Of a DNA stretch of 64,000 nt, positions 59,731-64,000 are shown in pieces. How positions within the stretch are numbered: the stretch's first letter is position 1; each line of letters opens with the position of its first letter. The notes beneath the pieces were generated by a model that saw nothing but the letters and a program-made list of their open reading frames with translations, was not told where the DNA came from and ran no database searches. Position numbers and translations under genes: made by a program. The stretch is from Mobula hypostoma (taxonomy: Eukaryota), in NCBI RefSeq assembly GCF_963921235.1, contig NC_086100.1, positions 198,712,001 to 198,776,000 on the forward strand, in the 5' to 3' direction.

Positions 59731-61184
59731 GATTATGGGTACAGAACAAGCGGGGGGTGGGGGGGGGGAGAGCCACGATAGATGTGTGGGCTGAATGAGC
59801 TTTGCATTGGCTCTATGCCACTCATCCGGTGACCTGGAGAGTGCCAGTCCCTTCCGAGCTGGATGGGAATTGTCTGCGGGCACGCAGGCTGCCCTTTGAG
59901 TTTGATTTCTCTGCAATCAGATGAAATCCTGCCAAGTGTTTTGTTATTGTCTTATTGAGTACAGTCGCAACCGGAAGCCTCGGCCTCTTCCTGTCGGCTG
60001 CGTCGCCACCCTCTGGTTGGTACACGGAAAGAGGCCCTTCAGCCCAACTCGCCCACACCCACCCAGTCTATCCCATTGGCCGCGTCTGGCCCTTACCTCT
60101 CTCAACCTCTCCTATCCCTGTACCTATCCATGTGTCCTCTGAATTTTGTTAATGCACCGTACCTGCCCCAACCACATCCTCGGGCAGCTTGTTCCCCATA
60201 ACGACAACTGTCTGAAGTTGCTCCTCATAAATCTCAAAGTTCAAGATAAATTTATTCTGAATGTATACGTTACCATATACTACTCTGAGATTCATCTTCT
60301 TGTAGGCATTCACTAAAGAATGCAACAGAACTTCTGAAAAGGCTAGACATAAACAATGACTGACAACCAATAGTCAAAACTTCTTTCCTCTCGCAAACTT
60401 TAGATTCAGGATTGTTTAATGTCATTTCCAGTTCACAAGTGTAAAGGAGAACAAAATCTTTGTTACTCCAGATCCAGCGCGTCACAAAAAAAAACACACA
60501 CACTGAGATAAGAAACACAACAATAAAAAAACCACAATAAATATAAATCCACAAGATGCCTGATACAGTACACATAGATTGATTGTATGTCCGTAAAGTG
60601 ATGCAAGGCACAGGGGTGTCTGTAAATAAAGTGATCGACAGGAAATGATAAAGTTGTGGTGGTCGGGGGTGTGGAGGATGGGTCAGTGGGTGGAGGTGTT
60701 GATCAGCCTCACTCCTTGGGGAAAGTCAGTTTTTGAGAGTGGTGGTCCTGGCCTGGATGCTACGTAGCCTCCTCCCTGGTGGGAATGGGACAAACAGTCC
60801 ATGAGCAGGGTGGGTGCCATTCATGATGTTACAGGTTTTGCACTGACATCAACTTCTTACTTGGTCTCTCAGCAATACCAGCATTAATTGCCCATCCTGA
60901 ACTGCCCCTTGAGGAGGTGGGGTGAAGCTCCTTGAACCAGTACAGACCTTCTGATGAAGGTGCTTAGGTGGTGCAGTGAGGGAGGGAGTTCCTGAGCTTA
61001 GACTCAGTGATGGTGAAGGAGTGGAGATCTACTTCCACCTGTGGAAATTAGCAGTGTGGAGGAACAGGGGGATCTTGGGATCCACATCCAAAGGTCCCTC
61101 GAAGTTGCTGCACAAGTTGATAGGGTGGTTAAGAAGGCCTTCATTAGTGGAGGGGTTTGGTTCAAAAGCTATGAAGTTAGTGGG

Positions 61185-63048
61185 AGGCAGAGCCCAATGG
61201 AGTACCTGATAAGGCTCCAAAAACCTGCGCCAACAAACTAGTGGGGGTATTCGAAGACATTTTCATTCTCTTACTGCTGCAGTCGGAAGTTCCCACCTGC
61301 TTCAAAGGGGCAACAGTTATACCTGAAGATCAGTGTGAGCTGCCTCAACATCTATTGTCCAGTACACTCTCACCTATGCTGATGAAATGCTTTGAGAAGA
61401 TGGTCATGACTATTATCAACTCCTGCCTCAGCAAGGACCTGGACCCACTGCAGTTTGCCTATCATCACAATAGGTCTACAGCAGATGTGATCTTAATGGT
61501 TTTCCACTCAGCCTTGGATCATCTGGATAATACAAATACCTATGTCAGGATGCTGTTCATCGACTATAGCTCAGCATTTAACACCATCATTCCCACAGTC
61601 CCAATCAAAAAGCTACAGAAGCTGAGCCTCTACCTCCCTCTGCAATTGGATCCTCGACTTCCTCACTGGAAGACCACAATCTGTGCAGATTGGAAATAAC
61701 ATCTCCACCTCACTGACGATCACCACTGGCGCACCACAGGGGTGTGTGCTTAGCCCACTGCTCTACTCTCTCTACACCCATGACTGTGTGGCTAGGCATA
61801 GCTCAACTACCATGATGCAACCGTTGTTGGCAGAATTTCAGATGGTGACAAAAGGGCATACAGGAGTGAGATATACCAGTTAGCTGAGTGATGTCACAGC
61901 TGCAACCTGGCACTCAACGTCAGCAAGAACAAAGAGCTGATTGTGGACTTCAGGAAGGATAAGAGAAGGCAACATAAACCAGTCCTCATGGAGGGATCAG
62001 AAGTGGAGAGAGTGAGCAACTTCAAGTTCCAGGGTGTCAAGACCTAACAACCCACACAAAATGCTGGAGGAACTCAGCAGGCCATGGAAAAGAGTACAGT
62101 CAACATTTTGGGCTGAAACCCTTCGGCAGGACTGGAGAAAAAAAGCTGAGGAGTAAATTTGAAAGATGGGGGGAGGGGAGAGAGAAACGCCAGGCGATAG
62201 GTGAAACTTGGAGGGGTGAGATGAAGTAAAGAGCTGGGAAGTTCATTGGTGAAAGAGACAGAAGGCCTGGAAGAAAGCAAAATGGGTGGGGGAGCACCAG
62301 AGGGAGGTGATTGGAGGGCAAGGAGATAACATGAGAGAGGGACAAGGGGATGGGAAATGGTGAAGGTAGGGGCGGGGAGTATTTCTGGAAGTTTGAGAAA
62401 ACAATGTTGTCTCTGAGGACCTAACCTGGATGCAAAATATTGATGCGGCTATAAAGAAGGAAAGATAGCAGCTATATTTCATTAGGAGTTTGAGGATATT
62501 TGGTTTGTCAGCTAAAACACTTGAAAACTTCTACAAGCGTACCATGGAGAACATTCTGACAGACTGCATCCCCGTCTAGTATGGGGGAAGGCTACTGCAA
62601 AAGATCAAAATAGGTTGCAGAAACTTGTAAAACTAGTCAGCTCCATCATGAGTACCAACCTCTGTAAGATCCAAGACGTCTTCAAGGAGCGAATGCATTA
62701 GGAAGGTGGCGTCCATCATTAAGGCTCCCCACCGCCCAGGACGTGCCCGCTCCACACTGTTACCATGGAGACGGTACTTAGCAATTAGCAACTCAGGAAC
62801 ACCTTTTTCCCATCTGCCATCCAATTTCTAAATGGACACTGAACCCGTGAGCACTACCTCACTACTTTTTTATTTCTGTTTATTTTTGCACCACTTATTT
62901 TAACATAAATATTTGATAGACATATATATTATGCTTAATGTAACTCAGTTTTCCCCTGTATTTACTTATCAAGTATTTCATGCTGCCATAAAGTTAATAA
63001 ATTTCACAATATATGCTGGCAATATTAAACCTGATTTTGATTCTGATC
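61185..63048 (+). mobile_element. Rex1/Babar LINE (degenerate) with a nested Penelope terminus
   Basis: [52 protein letters not shown] and an aatattaaacctgattttgattctga tail. Confidence 0.9.
62047..62405 (-). mobile_element. Penelope-type 3' UTR and terminus with decayed hammerhead motif
   Basis: Reverse complement CAGTC-CTGCCGA-AGGGTTTCAGCCC-AAAATGTT-GACTG at 62097-62134, preceded by a pyrimidine-rich UTR like 37750-37985. Confidence 0.75.
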
Positions 63049-63304
63049 TATGTTCTCTAGTTTTAAGTTCCCATTGCCTGGCAGGGGGGAAACTTACCCT
63101 CCCTGTGCCCCTCATGATTTTATACACCTCTATAAGATCAATCCTCATTCTCCTACACTCCAAAGTCATAACTCTCCCTATAATTCAGGCCCTCATGTCC
63201 AGAGAGCACTCAGAACCAGTCAGAATGCTCTCCAGCATTCCACTGTAGGAACCTGCTAGTCTTCTGTGACAGCATGTGTGGGGAGAAGGTGGGAGAACGG
63301 TGCT

Positions 63305-63730
63305 GCCACATTTGGAGTATTGTGAGCAGTTTTAGGCCCCATTTTCGAGAAAAGATATTCCGGCATAGAAGAGTCTGGAGGAGGTTCACGGGAATGAAAG
63401 GCTTTAACCTGTGAGGAGCATTTGATGGTCTGGGCCTGTGCTCACTGGATTTAGAAGAACAAAGGAGGATCTCATTGAGACCTAATGAAAGGCCTAGTTA
63501 GAATGGACGTGGAAAGGATGTATCCTACAGTGGCACAGAGGGCTGTGGAGGCCAAGTCATCGAGTATATTTAAAGAGGAGGTGGATAGGTTCTAGATTGG
63601 TAAGGACGTCAAAGATAATGGGGAGAAAGCAGGAGAACAGGGTTGAGAGGAAAAATAAGTCGGCCATGATGGAAATGCAGAGCACACTTAATGGGCCAAT
63701 TGGTATAATTCTGCTCCTGTCTTATGGACA
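63305..63730 (+). mobile_element. CR1 3' fragment (degenerate)
   Basis: ccacatttggagtattgtgagcagttt...gctgtggaggccaagtc...ttctgctcctgtcttatgg. Confidence 0.7.
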
Positions 63731-63815
63731 TGAATGGCAGGACAGACTTTGATGGACCAAATGGCCATGTTATACTTCTCTATCCTGGGGTAACGATGTG
63801 GGGCCTCTCTCACAG

Positions 63816-64000
63816 GTGGTCCATACGGAGCGGTGGGTGTGGACCTGGCCTTCCAGGAGATGCTGTGTCAGATCTTCGGCTGTGACTTGATGGAGGGATT
63901 CAGGCTGAAGCGCCCGGCAGCCTGGGTGGACCTGATGATGGCGTTCGAGGCCCGGAAACAGTCCATCTCGCACAAGCTCACCACTCCGCTCAACATATCA
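63816..64000 (+). CDS. HSPA12B: HSPA12B-like coding exon 10, runs off the window: (G)[61 protein letters not shown]
   Basis: ctctctcacag|[15 protein letters not shown] and [14 protein letters not shown] are HSPA12B motifs. Frame open to the window end. Confidence 0.96.

Overview
Eukaryotic vertebrate genomic DNA, most likely a cartilaginous fish such as a ray or skate (inferred from the repeat families: CR1/HER1-type LINEs, V-SINE/HE1-type SINEs, Rex1/Babar, RTE and Penelope). It is not prokaryotic, and most entries in the ORF track are repeat artefacts. One host gene can be reconstructed on the + strand: a divergent HSPA12B-like (atypical Hsp70) gene. It has a CpG-rich putative promoter and non-coding exon ending at 28618, then ten phase-compatible GT-AG coding exons from the ATG at 33126 to the window end (1218 nt, 406 codons, 3' incomplete). 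The rest is nested retrotransposon and DNA-transposon debris plus several minisatellites. The most notable non-coding signal is a recurrent minimal hammerhead-ribozyme motif (CUGA[U/C]GA-AGGG-UCUCGG-CC[C/U]-GAAACGUC-GACUG) carried by Penelope-type termini. It occurs at about eight sites, three of them fold-back (inverted) structures, one of which has a 15-bp target-site duplication. Repeat boundaries were read by eye and are approximate. Exon boundaries were checked base by base.
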